A DNA stretch of 64,000 nucleotides from Hypanus sabinus (GCF_030144855.1 NC_082709.1:166160001-166224000), one strand, 5' to 3'; shown: positions 49,422-63,193, numbered from the stretch's first letter. Made by a program: numbers and translations. Notes: generated from the letters alone by a model not told the origin.

Positions 49422-51219
49422 CACCCTATCCTCGTTATATGCGGGGGATACGTTCCTTGCAGTCGGCGCATAATGTGAATAATTATTTAAATGGAGAAAA
49501 CAGGGATGTGTTCCAGAGGGCTTCCTAAATATGTTTTATTTGTAATTTATTCACATTTTCATACTAATACGACACAAAAGCAGTACCAAAAGGCACATTC
49601 ATATTATATTTCATCAACTTGTAACATTCAATGTAATAAATCATAGAAAGTTAACATACTAGGGTGTACAGTACTCACTAACAGTGGCAGGTGTGTTCGC
49701 TCCGGGAGATGAGTGGTTGTTGTGGTGTCGGGATCATATCAAGCACAGCAAGAGGTGAAGGAAGACTCACAGAACTCTTAGAACTCCGGGCAGCAGGAGA
49801 TGACACCGGTTTTGAAGAAAGTGGTGAGGGTCGTTTGCTTGGCAGCATTTTGTTTTTCAGCATAAATTTGCTAGTTAGGGAAGAAGGGTTTGATGGCAGG
49901 GAACAACTGAAATGCTGACTCCGTTCTAAACTTGGGTCCATGTCCATCGCCATTTGTGCCAAGTGATCCGACTTCCATCATTCTCTTGCCGTTGGTAACC
50001 TCCCGGGATTTTCAAAATCACCTGATGCTTGCTGCATCTGAGAGATAGTTTGCAATAAAAAAATACGCCTTGAATGTGGATCACACCTTGGTCGAGTGGC
50101 TGAATCAGCAATGTTGTGTTAGGCGGCAGGAAACACACTGTTATGTTAGGATGAATGCTGTCCAAATGTTTAGGATGGGCTGGCGCATTGTCAAGCAACA
50201 AAAGAACGTTAAAGGCAAGATTCTTTTCCCAGCAGTAGTGCCCCAGAGCTGTGTTACCTTCACCTGATGCCACGCTGTTTATAACCATATAACAATTACA
50301 GCACGGAAACAGGCCATCTCAGTCCTTCTAGTCCGTGCCGACGCTTACACTCACATAGTGACACTGGCCCGCACTCAGCCCATGATCCTCCATTCCTTTC
50401 CTGTTCATATACCTATCCAGTTTTACTTTAAATGACAATACTGAACCTGTCTCTACCACTTCTACTGGAAGCTCATTCCACACAGCTACCACTCTCTGAG
50501 TAAAGAAATTCCCCCTCATGTTACCCTTAAACTTTTGCCCCCTAACTCTCAAATCATGTCCTCTTGTTTGAATCTCCCCTACTCTCAATGGAAAAAGCCC
50601 ATCCATGTCAACTCAATCTATCCCCCTCATTATTTTAAATACCTCTGTCAAGTCCCCCCTTAACCTTCTACGCTGCAAAGAATAAAGACCTAACTTGTTC
50701 AGCCTTTCCCTGTAACTTAGGTGCTGAAACCCAGTTAACATTCTAGTAAATCTTCTCTGTACTCTCTCTATTTTGTTGATATCTTTCCTATAATTCGGTG
50801 ACCAGAACTGTACACAATACTCCAAATTCGGTCTTACCAATGCCTTGTACAATTTAAACATTACATAGATAATTTCCAACTTTTTTTTTCAAGAGTTAAA
50901 GCAGTTCTCTGCCGCTCGGCTGATGGCCAGAACATGACATTGGACGCTTAGAAGGCACAGTTAAGTATTTCAAGCACAAAATCACTGCACCGTAGGTAAA
51001 ACCAGCAAAAGTTTAAGAGCGCAAGATCGAGCATCCATACGTTACCAAAACTGATGTGAGGCTGTGAGGCACGCGCACGTGGCTTGTATTCGTGGGAAAG
51101 CAGAGCTCCTCGCATAACTGTGAGTTTTCCATGCATATAAGGAGACATTGGTAGAAATAGGTTCCTAGCATAACCGTGAATCCGCATAGTCTGAAGACGC
51201 ATATAACGAGGATAGGGTG
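49422..51219 (-). mobile_element. Internally deleted Tigger/pogo transposon with nested CR1 (about 50282-50863, minus)
   Basis: Perfect 22-bp TIRs caccctatcctcgttatatgcg; TA TSD; DDE remnant LLLLDNAPAHP...FLPPNTT.LIQPLDQGVI. Confidence 0.92.
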
Positions 51220-51768
51220 TACATGATTCATCGGTAGATTTTGTTCTTGCCTTCATAAGTTATTATGTGTTATTTGTACTACTGTGCTTTACACCCTGGT
51301 TTGAAGAAGCATTGTCTCGTTCCTATATACTTTATATGGATATTAATGTTATATACAGGTATATAGTTAAATGGCAATAATCTTGACTTGAAATAAGAGG
51401 TAATTTATTAAAATATTAGGTTTTTAATAATGTACTTTATTTAGCTAATCCATTGTGCATTTGGGTTCTGCCGATATTTCAACCTCGATTTAGCTGATCT
51501 TGTGGCTAGACTGTGTGTGGTACTGCCATAACAGAACAAACAGGTTCTATATTATGTTCATTGCCTTCTCTGAAAGCAGCTGGCATGCGTGGGATGACAG
51601 GCAGCAAACAGCTTTGTGGGTACAATACACTTCAAAACTCTGGTAGAAAAAGAACAAGATGCAGGATTTCAGAGGACTTCATGTTAACGTGGGCCAATTT
51701 TGGTAAGGTTTATACTTACTTTCCCTGTGCTAAACTTGCATGTTATTTATCCCAACTTCTCTCTATAG

Positions 51769-51863
51769 AGGACTGACCTACAAAGACAGTGGAGTTGATA
51801 TTGTGGCTGGAAGCACATTGGTCCATTCAATTAAGCCATTTGCAGCAGCCACCTCTAGGCCAG
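51769..51863 (+). CDS. GART: GART exon 12 (start of AIRS/PurM domain, GLTYKDSGVDI)
   Basis: PurM N-terminal motif; 95 nt. Confidence 0.97.
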
Positions 51864-52099
51864 GTAAGCCGATGTCTGCATTTGAACCATGCTTCACCAT
51901 GATCTTCTATGTTTGTGCAAAATGCATTTGAGTAATATTTTAGATTTAAATGATTAACTACATAACATTACAACATGGAACATTTCAATATATATATATA
52001 ACTGGTTAGAGAAAATGCTGAGAACACAATAATCTTAATGAGGGAATCAATACTTTTGTATTATTCCATTTTTAATATAACACAATTAACGTAAAAAGT

Positions 52100-52761
52100 T
52101 TCAGGGCACCACTTCACCTGCGAGTCAACTGGAGTGATATACTGTATCCGGTGCTCCCGATGTGGCCATTTATACATTGGGGAGATCCGCTGCAGACTGG
52201 GAGACTGTTTCACTGAACACCGGCACTCAGTCCTCCAGCAGTGACGGGATCTCCCTGTGGCCACACACTTCAATTCCACAGACCACTCCCACTCCGATAT
52301 GTCTGTCCATGGCCTCCTCTATCGTCAAGATGAGGCCACACGCCGGTTGATGGAGGAATATTTTATCTCCCGCCTAGGTAGCCTCCTTCCTGCCATCATG
52401 AACATTCAACTCACAGACCTCTGTTGATACCCCTGCCCCCCCCCCCCCTTACCCCATCCCTATCTATAATAGTCTGGTTCTCTTTCTCTGTCTCACTATC
52501 ATCCCCCTCACTATCATCTCCCCCTCCCCCAGCCCTACCTTTCTTTTTTATTTCCCATAATTCTCCACCCTCCCCCAGCCCATTTCCCTTCAGCCTATCA
52601 CTTCCCAGCTCGCTACTTCATCCCTCCTCCCACTTCTTATTTCTCCCCTCGACCATCCCATGTTACTTCACTCCTGATGAAGGTTTTCGGCCCGAAACGT
52701 CGTCACTACCTCCTCCCATAGGTGCTGTCTGGCCTGCTGAGTTCTGCCGGCATTTTGTGTT
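52100..52761 (+). mobile_element. 5'-truncated Penelope-like retroelement: GIY-YIG endonuclease remnant plus pseudo-LTR with hammerhead core
   Basis: 52107-52427 reads HFTCESTGVIYCIRCSRCGHLYIGE...EH...PVATHFN (one internal stop). CTGATGA 52674 ... GAAACGTC 52694-52701. TSD ttaacgtaaaaagt / ttaacataaaaagt (52086-52099, 52762-52775). Confidence 0.9.
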
Positions 52762-53887
52762 TTAACATAAAAAGTCACTTTTTAAGGAAGGGAAAATTAA
52801 TTTATACGAAGTTCTAAGGCCAGAATTGGAAAACTGTAGTTTTTTAAAAAGTGTTTTGCAGAAAGATTGGAGGAAAATTTGAAGCAGATTTGTTACTATC
52901 ATTAAAATAGAGGAATGAGGAACAAGAGTTGATTTGAAAAATGGGGTACATGTTTATTTGAATACTAAAGGCTGAAGGTGGAATCCGGTAAAGAGTTCTG
53001 GGATATTAAATAGTTAAGCTGTTTAATGTAGGTCCACATGACCCTCTGAGATCACTGATTGCCTACCCTGCCTGACATAACTTCTGCTGGAAGGTGGAGT
53101 TATGACTAAGCACAGGGCATTCGGCTGTGCAAACACCTCTCACCCTGCTGAGAACTGCATTGACAGCTTGTGAGGCCCTCTTCACAACCAGTCAGATCTG
53201 CCACTGAAGTTTGTCAGTTCATTTACCACTGGAAAATTCTTTGTGGCGTATTTAATAATTGGTTTGAAAAGTTTTAAACTCTGGAAGACATGCTTTTTAA
53301 ATACACATAAACTAACTTACCACACTCAGGAATAAGATCTACGTGCTGGCAGCTGTTTCTTCACCCTGATTACAGTGGGAGGAGGGATCATGGTATTTCT
53401 GGCCTAGACTCGATGACCAGAATTCACAGCCCAAGAGATGGAAAGTTCATGGAAGTTCTAGCTTCCCTGTGTTGGATTTCTTGGGGACTGCTCGAGCAGG
53501 GCAGGAACACCTGACGGCAGAGGTGGCGTAGCAGAAAACACTGTTAGTGCAAGGCAGGGCAAGTGCTAGACTTTACAGTGAACAGCAGACAAGTCCAGCT
53601 AAAGGAGTCATGCCTGGCTGCAAGATTGGCCCTTCTATTTCCACGGGTAGGTGATCAGCATTAGCTTGAATCTGGTCACCACAAAGAATGGAAGAAGTTA
53701 GAAGAAATAGTGTTGCAACAATATATTCTATAGCCAGTCAGCTTTACAAGTGCCTATTGGAATAAAGAACAAATGAATTAAGACGCTGTTTAATGCTCTG
53801 TTTAAACACTAACGTGGAGTGGGCCAAAGGATTTTATTCAGAGATGAACTTTCCAGTTCTGAGAAGTTGTTTCTTTCTACTTTCAAG

Positions 53888-53997
53888 GCTGTAATGCTGA
53901 GCTTGGAGGATTTGCAGGCATCTTTGACCTGAAGGCAGCTGGATACAATGATGCAATCCTAGTCTCTGGAACTGATGGTGTTGGAACCAAACTAAAG
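53888..53997 (+). CDS. GART: GART exon 13 ([10 protein letters not shown]...[11 protein letters not shown])
   Basis: PurM motif TDGVGTK; 110 nt. Confidence 0.97.
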
Positions 53998-54111
53998 GTG
54001 TCACTTGCTCATGTTCTAGTTATACTTGAAGTAAAATTTGAATTTCTCTATCACAATGTCGTCCGAGTTCATTTTCTCATCGTATCCTAATTCCATTTTG
54101 ACCGTGGACAG

Positions 54112-54310
54112 ATTGCGCAGATGTGCAACAAACACGACACTTTGGGCCAGGACTTGGTAGCGATGTGTGTAAATGATGTGCTGGCACAAGGAGCAGAGCC
54201 ACTTTTCTTCCTCGATTACTTTTCCTGTGGTAAACTGGATGTGGGCACAGCACAGACTGTGATTGCTGGTATCGCAGAGGCCTGTAAAATGGCAGGATGT
54301 GCACTATTAG
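54112..54310 (+). CDS. GART: GART exon 14 ([25 protein letters not shown])
   Basis: PurM motif; 199 nt. Confidence 0.98.
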
Positions 54311-54939
54311 GTAAGGCACCACTATCAAACAAATAAGGGTCAAAGCAATTGTAATTTTGGGGCTTTTCTATGTCAGTGCTATATAAGCCCATCTAAAGAA
54401 ACTTGTATTAGATCAATTTCTGCTTAATGAACTTTGGTCAAGTAAATAGTCTGATATGATTAGTGCATAAAATTCTACGTTCCAATTTCTCTGATCAAGG
54501 AAATTTCCCTTTTCTTCCCCATTGTATTTTTTAGTAGCTATCCTGTTCTTATGGCCCTGAGTTTTTGACTGGATATGCCCAATATCCAGTCTGACCAATT
54601 GAGTTAGGGGGCTCCCTTTATGGGGAGGTAAATGTCATGTTAAAGGTGCTATTTAAAGGTTAAACATTAGCTTTATCTGTCACACGTTCATCAAAACGTT
54701 GAAACGTACAATGAAGTGCCCGTTTGCGCCAAATCAGATCAGCGGGGATTGTGCTGGACAGCCACACTCTGGCACCATCATAGCGTACGCAACAACTCAC
54801 TAATCCTAACTGTCCGTCTAAGTAATGCAAGTTAATTTGACAAGTTTTAAAAATATTTTGTTTCCCCTGCGTTTTGCTGCCAGTTCTTCTATAAGTTGAC
54901 ATCGGCATGGTTTAATTTTGTCATCTGCCTGCTTTGTAG

Positions 54940-55191
54940 GGGGCGAGACTGCTGAAATGCCAGGAATGTACTCCCTGGGAGAGTACGATCTGGCAGGCTT
55001 TGCAGTGGGAGCAGTGGAACGTGGGCAGATGCTACCCAAGGTGGAGCACATCTGTGCTGGTGATGTCCTCATTGGCGTTGCTTCATCTGGACTTCATAGT
55101 AACGGCTTTAGCCTAGTTCGAGCAATTCTGGAAAAGTCGTCTTTGCAGTGCTGCTCCCCAGCACCATCCAGCTATGGTTCTCAGACACTCG
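54940..55191 (+). CDS. GART: GART exon 15 (GGETAEMPG...[13 protein letters not shown])
   Basis: PurM motifs; 252 nt. Confidence 0.98.
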
Positions 55192-56139
55192 GTAAGATTT
55201 GGTTTGAAATACGGTGGCATGAGATTTTCTTGGTAGTTTACCTACATCTTTTTACATCAGGAAGCTGCTGTTATCCTTCTGATATGCCCTTCTAGTCTGC
55301 TCCTCCAGATGCAGCTGTACAAAGAGTAAACCAATGGTGCTTGTGCTACTTCAGATGAATTTCTGAATGGGCTTTGCGTCCATGTGTCAAAGTGGCCCTT
55401 AAGCATGATACGACTGCGGATGTGACTTTCAGTTAAAAAGTTGGAATGCATGAGGCAGATTAGAATGGTTTGAGAGCTGGCAAAGACTTGATAGGCCAAA
55501 TGGTCTCATTCCATGTTGTAAATAATGGAAATGTTTTGGAAAACCCACTAGGAACAGTCTCCTAAAATACTAACTTATTTTGTTGTATCTTCCAGTGCAC
55601 AGTAGACATCATAACAGAAAGCTTAAAAACAATTACACATCTGCAAAACTTGGCATTTCAGAGTTCTGGAATTTAAAATACTTTTGAATGACATGACTTG
55701 AAATTTGGTGATTTTTTACGAAGTGTACTATGGATCTATTTGTTTATTTCTAATGTACTCGGTGAACATTTTAATAGGTATAAGTCTACACCCACTTGTT
55801 AGTATCTAAACAGCCAAACAGATACACCAGCAAAAGACCTCAAACATGCTGTACATTCAGTGGCCACTTTATTAAGTGTAGGAGTTACTTAGTAAAGTGG
55901 CCAATTGAGTGTACGTTCTAAGATGTCCATTTTGAAAGTTTAATTTAAGTTTTCATTTATCTGCTCTGTGCCTTTATACTTACTGAGCCAATTTCCAAGG
56001 CCCATTAGAAAATGGTCTACTGTAATTCATCTCTTAATTTACAGCAGCAAGTGGTGAAATCTCATGGCAGGCAGCATTTACAGAGGGAGAAGTTAATATT
56101 TTCATCTTAAAGGAAAGATACCATTAAGATGAAAAATAG

Positions 56140-56565
56140 ACAAAATTTACAAGGACGTTGCTGGGCCTGGGTTATGCCTACGTTCCCTGAAGCTGAGGAG
56201 AATCAGGGGCAGTTTCATAGAGGCATACAAAATTGAGGTAGATAGAGTAAATGCTAGCAGGCTTGAGGATGGGTTAGACTCGTACTAGAGGTTATGGGTT
56301 ACCGACTAAAGGTGTTAATGTTTAAGGGGAACGTGAGGGGGAGCTTGTTCACTCCGAGGGTGGTGAGCGGAACCAGCTGCCAGTGGAAGTGGTGGATGCG
56401 GGTTGGATTGTAACAGTTAAGAGAGGTTTGAATAAGTACACGGATGGCAGGTGGGGACTATGGTCAATATATGGGTCAGTGGGATTCGGCAGAAAGACTA
56501 TTTGGCATGAACTAGATGGGGTGATGAGCCTGCTTCTATGCTGTTACTTCGCGATTCTGTTCTGA
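56140..56565 (+). mobile_element. CR1 LINE 3' end (further copies at about 59190-59535 and 62310-62745)
   Basis: CR1 C-terminal/3' UTR text tttaagggg...gtggaagtggtggatgc. Confidence 0.65.
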
Positions 56566-56709
56566 GATAACGACCTTTGAACTAAGATTATTTTCAGATA
56601 TCCAATATTTGCTGCATTTTCATTAGCTGCTTGTTTTAGATGCATTGCTATTTATAGCACTCAACAGTAGAATTTCATTTGTAAAGACTTTCCTGCAACT
56701 TCTCCGTAG

Positions 56710-56862
56710 GAGATGTGCTGCTAACGCCGACTAGAATTTATGCCAAGGCATTGCTGCCTATTCTGCGTCAGGGGAACGTGAAAGCTTATGCTCACATTAC
56801 TGGAGGTGGACTAATAGAAAACATTCCCAGAGTTCTTCCAGAAAACCTTGGTGTTACATTAG
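56710..56862 (+). CDS. GART: GART exon 16 (LLTPTRIY...[17 protein letters not shown])
   Basis: PurM motif HITGGG; 153 nt. Confidence 0.98.
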
Positions 56863-57641
56863 GTAAGGAGCACTGTGCTTATGTACTGCGGAGTGTTCTA
56901 TAGTATAAGCTGTCCATTCAGCCCCATCGATTGCTGTGATATTTCAGTACCTTTGCTAGACATTTAGCTGGCAAGAGGAATTGTCAGTTTTAAATTGATG
57001 TCAAACCTGTAGGAGAGGAGATTAAGTTATTTTTATTAATAGTAAGCTGCTGTGGCAGAATATTGAACTCTCTGATTATGATTCAAATGATAATTTTGCT
57101 GGATTTTCAAACTTGACCATCTCTTTGGTTACCTTAAATGTTGGATGATAAAATTCCCTGTAGGCAGTTGTAGTCTGACATTTTAGTAGTTCAATGTACT
57201 TGTGTGGCAATCTACAGTAGATTTTTATTTCAAGATTCAAGGTTGCTTATTGTTATTCTTCAGTTCACAAGTGTAGTGAGCTGATGGTTCTCCCCGATCC
57301 TCTGCAGCACAATAAGCATAAAGAACGCAATAAAAACTAAAATAAAACACAATATAACTATAAAGCAATCTTATAAAACACAATGAATAAGTAATAGTTG
57401 TGTACATAGACTGACTATGGTTTCAATACAGTCAGTTTCAGAGATCGTATTATTATATGGACAATCCCTGACATTATATAACCAAAGCTCCAAAATGTTG
57501 AATAATCTTTTATATGAAATGACTCAAATCTCTTTTGTCTAAATACTCCAGAAGAAGCATTGTAAGGGAAGTGAGACAGTGTCAAGTTAACTCCAAACTC
57601 TCATTCTGAACTTACTGTTTTATTTCTGTGACACTTAAAAG

Positions 57642-57845
57642 ATGCATCATCTTGGAAGATTCCGGAAATCTTTTCATGTCTACAACAATTGGGCAGTCTT
57701 TCTGAAGAAGAAATGGCTCGCACGTTTAATTGTGGAATTGGAGCTGTGCTGGTAGTGGGCAAGGACTGTGCTGACGACGTCCTGAGGAAGGTGCAAAGCT
57801 GCTACGAGGCGTGGATTGTTGGAAGTGTTGTGCCGCACAATACAG
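57642..57845 (+). CDS. GART: GART exon 17 (WKIPEIF...EEMARTFNCGIG)
   Basis: PurM motif EM.RTFN.G.G; aag|...ag|gtctct; 204 nt. Confidence 0.93.
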
Positions 57846-59809
57846 GTCTCTTACCCTCTTAAGTTTGTGAAGACTGGGGAGGAACAGAATGGTGGTTATG
57901 GGCTGATTTCCAATTATTAAGTTAAGTTTGTGAAAATCAGCTGTCAATATAATGGCAGCTATTTGCCAGCTTTACGTGGAAATCATTATTATTCAATTCA
58001 AAATGAATAGGTGATGTTTAGCTATTAAGAGTTAACAGTGGTTCAAATTGACTAACTTCACCATATTGTGGTACTGATGGGAAAAGAACAGGAAAGAGTC
58101 TCATTTTTCCTTTGCATGTAAACAGTTATCCAATCTCAGGAGAAAAGTGGAAAGGTTAACAGTGTTAAACTTAATGTTTGGGGATAAGGAGGCGGACAAA
58201 ATTCTTGATCCATTCCTGTTCACTTCTGTTGGATGGTTGTTGGGCGTGTCATTGAGATATGCAAAGGGTTAAACAGCTCCGTGTTGGTTAGGAACATAGA
58301 AAATAGGGGCAGAAGTATGCTCGTAGTGCCCTTTGAGCATGCTCTGCCATTTATTAAGATGCTGATATTTTATGTCGATGCCCTTTTGTAAAGAGATTAG
58401 CTTTATTTGTTATGTGTATATCAAAACGGACGTTGTTTGCATCAATGACCAACACAGTTTGTGCTGTGCTGGGAGCAGCCCCGCAAGTATTGCCACACTT
58501 TTAGCGCCAGTGTAGCATGCCCAGGTCTAACTCATTTCTTTGGAATGTGGGAGGTGACTGGAGCAGCCGGCATTTTCCCAGCATCTTTTGATATGCCTTG
58601 ATTCACTTTATGCCCAGGTATTCACCGATCTCTGTAATGAATGAACACACTGAAGGAGTTTCCACAGCTGTCCAGAGCTGCTTCTTGCCCCTACTCCACC
58701 CTCCACCCTCCCCTCTTTCCCTGGAGTTGGGTTCAGGCCACTGCCACAGCCATCTTCCGACATCCATTGCAGACATGAGTGCAGCCTCTCTGCAGAGGGG
58801 CATTATGAACCAATCAATGAGGGGTTTGTAGGGATTGAACAATGTCTCATTGGGGACCCCGTAATTCAAGCATGGTTCCTGACTTTCTGCACATTAGACT
58901 TGTTTTACTACGAGTGAGTGATAAAGGCAATAGATCTCAACCTTTTGATCCAATCTAGTGCATCTGGAACATCATGTACACATTAAGGGTATCATCACAT
59001 GCATAAAATATGACAGGGAAATAATGTGGCCTGAACTGCAATGGGAAATCTCCAATTTAGTTACTCATTGGCTAGAATACCTAGTAAAATTTGATCCAAG
59101 TAGTTACCTGATCTATGATTTTACCATAAATAAATGGATTTTGATATAGTCCAGATTTTGATTGGTTTAAAGATTAGGTTATTCCTTGGAACGTAAAAGA
59201 TTGAGAGGAGATTTGATAGAGGTATTAAATCTATGAGGGATATAGATAGGGTAAATGCAGGCAGTCTATTTTCACTGAGGTTAGGTGGGAGGTCATGGGT
59301 TGAGAGTGAAAAGCTTAAGGGGAACATGAGGGGAAACTTCACTCAGAAGGTTGTGAGAGTGTGGAACGAGAAGCCAGCACGGTGGTGCATGCGAACTTGA
59401 TTTCAACGTTTAGGAAAAGTTTGGATAGGTGTATGGTACAGAAGGTGCTGGTCGAGGGGAGTAGGCAGCTTAAGTGTTTTGGCATGGACTGGATGGGCCA
59501 AAGGGCCTGGTTCTGTCCTGTACTTTTCTGTGACTATTTGTCTCAGGTGCATCAAAACATACAGTGAAATGCTTTGTTTTGCACCTAAGGATTGGGTTGG
59601 CAGCAGCCTGCAAATGTCAGCATGCTTCCAGCACCAACGTAGGATCCCCACAGCTTGCTAACCAGTGTGTCTCTGAATGTGGAGAAACCCTGCACAGGCA
59701 TGTGCTGAATGTATGAGCTCCTTACAAACTGCAGCGGGAATCAAACCCCGATTCTATACTGTATTCCATGGTTATTCCATACTTTAAGGTTATCCTAGTA
59801 AGGATGATT

Positions 59810-59930
59810 ATGAACACAGGCTTCTGCAGATGCTGGAATACAGAGTTCTGGAGGAACTCAACAGGTCTGGCAGCATCACTGGAGAGGAATGAACAGCCAA
59901 CGTTTTGGGTCGAGTCCTGATAAAGCATCC
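59810..59930 (-). mobile_element. Penelope pseudo-LTR fragment
   Basis: Same family as the other pLTRs; 10-bp TSD aaggatgatt (59800-59809, 59931-59940). Confidence 0.75.
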
Positions 59931-60380
59931 AAGGATGATTGCAGCTGCCTTATGAGATTAGTTTAAGTTAACCTGCAGCATCCCTGTAATAAGAACATGC
60001 AAGTTTGTTGGAGTTCAGACATTCTCAACATACCCCTGCAGCAAGATCTCGTTGCCTTCGAGAGAGATGGGAAAACCTTTAGCGCAAAGAAGAGTTTGTG
60101 TGTGGTTAGCTGTTGATGCTTCACCATTTTCCACTGTGCAGAATTGTCAGTTTATGAGGAGAATTTTAAAGCAGTGATCCTTGCTTCTCACATTCTTCCA
60201 GAAATATTCAAATTCTTTTCCCAGTTGTACTGAAAAATGTAACAGTCAGCTGATTTCAACCTTTTATTTTGACGTTCAGTGGAAAATATTCTGCTCGTGC
60301 CGAGCTGTTCAAGTACCCAATTTTTGCTGGAGCATTTTTTTAACAAATGTTTTTAAAAATGACTTCACTCTTTTTTACAG

Positions 60381-60524
60381 GTTGTGAAAGGGTATCAATT
60401 AAAAACCTCATGAAAACACTACAGTTAGGTCACCAGTTGAATAGAAGTGCAGCAGGTGGTGACTTATCACATTGTGAAGGTCAGACTCGAAAAATGAAAG
60501 TGGGTGTTCTTATCTCTGGAACAG
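60381..60524 (+). CDS. GART: GART exon 18 (linker and start of GAR transformylase, KVGVLISGT)
   Basis: PurN N-terminal motif; 144 nt. Confidence 0.95.
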
Positions 60525-63062
60525 GTGAGTTGCTCAAATGACAAACAAATGAAACTAATTATATAGAAAAATGAACATTTTATTTACTTGCAACCAGAAT
60601 AGGCTGAAGCTGATGCTGAATTGTTTGATGTATTTTTTTGTTTAGTTCAAGATGTGTACCATAGTTGTTTGTTACTGAAGTTTGTGTGTAAGCTGCTGCT
60701 CATTGCTGATAAAAATTTCTGCTGACCTGATTGCAATCAGAGTTCTCGTCGTGCAACTGTGGGAATTGCATTCTGAGCTTCATACAGTGGGACTATGTTC
60801 CAGATTCTGCGGCAGTGCACTTTCTGTGTCAATGGCTTCTTTGCCCCTTCCTGATCTTGGCATTTAGTTTGCTAGCACAGTACTGAGTCGGCTCTTTCCT
60901 GCTGGAATCGACTTTCAGCTCCATTGGACCAAATTGCGTTGTCCCATGACCAGCAGTTCTAAAGGGAGCTACAAGTTGCTGGCCGTTCATCATAGACTTA
61001 ATAGGTGTTCGGGCAAAAAAAGAGCGAGGAATGACTGTTGTGTCTATTTCCTGTTGAGCGCAGTAGTAGAATATTGGTGCACTAGAGAATGCGGTGAGAT
61101 GTACTTCACATCAACTCCTGGTTTATGTCAGGCTGATCTTATGTCTATATTCCTTATGATATAGAGGGAGGCCATTTGGTCCATTGAGCCTGTTCTGGCT
61201 TTCAATGCCATTCCACCAATCCCATACTCCCACTTAATTCCTGGTATTTAGCTCTTTCATGTGTCCATTAACTCCTGTCCCCTGATTCTCCCACTGCCCA
61301 CCAACACCAGGAGCATTATACAGTGATTAATTAGACAGCTTCACAAAGACAGCTTCAGAGGTGAGGATTGAAGTTAGGCCGTGGAGCAGTAGTTGTACCT
61401 GCTGTACCACTCTGCTGGCCTGTGTGTCAGAATTATTTTACTTGGAGCATTTGCTATCAAATAATCAAAAACTTCTAATGTAAATTTTTGTTTATTTAGT
61501 TTCAGCTTTCTAAAAATAACCTCAGTTAAATTGAATAGTTTGTAAATATCAGCCACATTTCAGAAGCCTTTGACAGCAGCGGGCACTTGAAGGTTGTCTG
61601 GATGTTCAGAAGTGGGCTTTGGTGGTACACTGCCTGCAGTAACCTCATCTCTTGGTTATTCAAATCAAGTCAAATCACTTTTATTGTCATTTCAACCATA
61701 ACTGCTGGTACAGTACACAGTAAAAATGAAACAACGTTCTTTCAGGACCATGGGGCTACATGAAACAACACAAAACTACATTAGACTTGAGACCTACACA
61801 GGACTACATAAAGTGCACAAAACAGTGCAAGACAGACACAGTAAAGGGCAAATTACAGTATAATAATAAATTATGTAAATGTAAACAATGTTTTAGCAGG
61901 AATTGAGAAAGAAATGAGCAAAAATTGTGGATTGGTGTTCAGTTGAGAGAGAGAGAATGTGTGTGTGTGTAGGTTCTGTCAGACTAGACTCTGGGGATTC
62001 ATTGGATCTTGGGGGAAAGCCTGGGGGGTATTGACTGTTGGCGCAGAACCCTCAAAATTGGCGGGCGGCGGGCAGCAGACTGCAGACCCAGTTTGTCAGT
62101 GCGGTTTCCCTACAAGAGAAAAGAGTTGTGGAAAGCGTGCTGGGCTTTGAGTGAGATTGAAATACAGAGCCTGAAGTTAGAGACGGAATCAGATGCACAT
62201 CAGCTCTGGCAGGGTTTGCAGGCCATTGCTTCCTACAAGGTGAATCCTAATATGAATGGCTGTGAGGATTCCCTCCCAGATGACCTCGACTCATTTTATG
62301 CACGTTTCGATTTGGAGGCCATCCAGAAGTGATCACAGGGCTAATTGATGACAATGGGTTTGTCTGTCCTATAACAAATAGTTTAAAAAGTTACACTTGT
62401 GTTCAGTGGAGTGTGGAAAATTGAGGGGGGTGATATTATTGAAACAGAAGATCATAAAGGACATGTTGAGATGTTTCCAGAAGTGGGAGATCCTTGAGCA
62501 AAGAAACATACTTACAAGATAAGAGTTTTGTTATCAAAAGCTGAGGTGCTTGGGAACTTACTTAGCATAAGAGTGATTAATCTGGAGCTTTTCCTGCTGG
62601 GGTGTGGAGGCTAAATCACGAGGGCATTTAAAAGGGAGGTGGATAATGCTGGGGGATATTATACTGGTGTAGAAAAGGAGGTGAGGCCTGGCGTAGAGCA
62701 GCAATGACCATACTGAATGGCAGGGCATCTTTATTTCCTCCTATCATGGAGGAAATACACAAACCAGCTGTCTGTCTGCTTTGGAGTTGAACTGTGTGGT
62801 GGACCAGGAAGACGAACCATTAAACCCTTTGTATGATCTTCAAGTTGTTCTCTGTCTTCTGCCAGGGGAGAGCCTTGCTTTGTATAACCATTGTTCTATC
62901 ATATGTGGAGCTCAGTTTCTTGATTTTGGGTGAGTGTTGCATTTACCAGAAGCTGCAAGTTGTATTTATCTGAGAAGATGACTGACAATTCCTGTTTTCT
63001 CTGAAACTTGCATGACCTTTCCTGTTGAGTTTTTTAATATATTTTTCTCTTTTTCTTTTAAG

Positions 63063-63193
63063 GAACAAACCTTCAGGCCATTATAGAACACACAAAGGAC
63101 CCTACTAGTCGTGCTGAGGTAGTCATTGTTATCTCCAACAAAAGTGGCGTAGAGGGACTGAAGAAAGCGATCCGAGCTGGCATTCCTACGAGG
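63063..63193 (+). CDS. GART: GART exon 19 (GTNLQAII...VISNKSGVEGLKKA...GIPTR); remaining exons lie beyond the window
   Basis: PurN motifs; aag|...agg|gtgaga; 131 nt. Confidence 0.96.

Noticed and set aside
53998-54111. U12-type intron suggested by gtatcct at about 54082
   Set aside because: The in-frame donor is GTGTCA, not GTATCCTT; the motif is internal and probably incidental.
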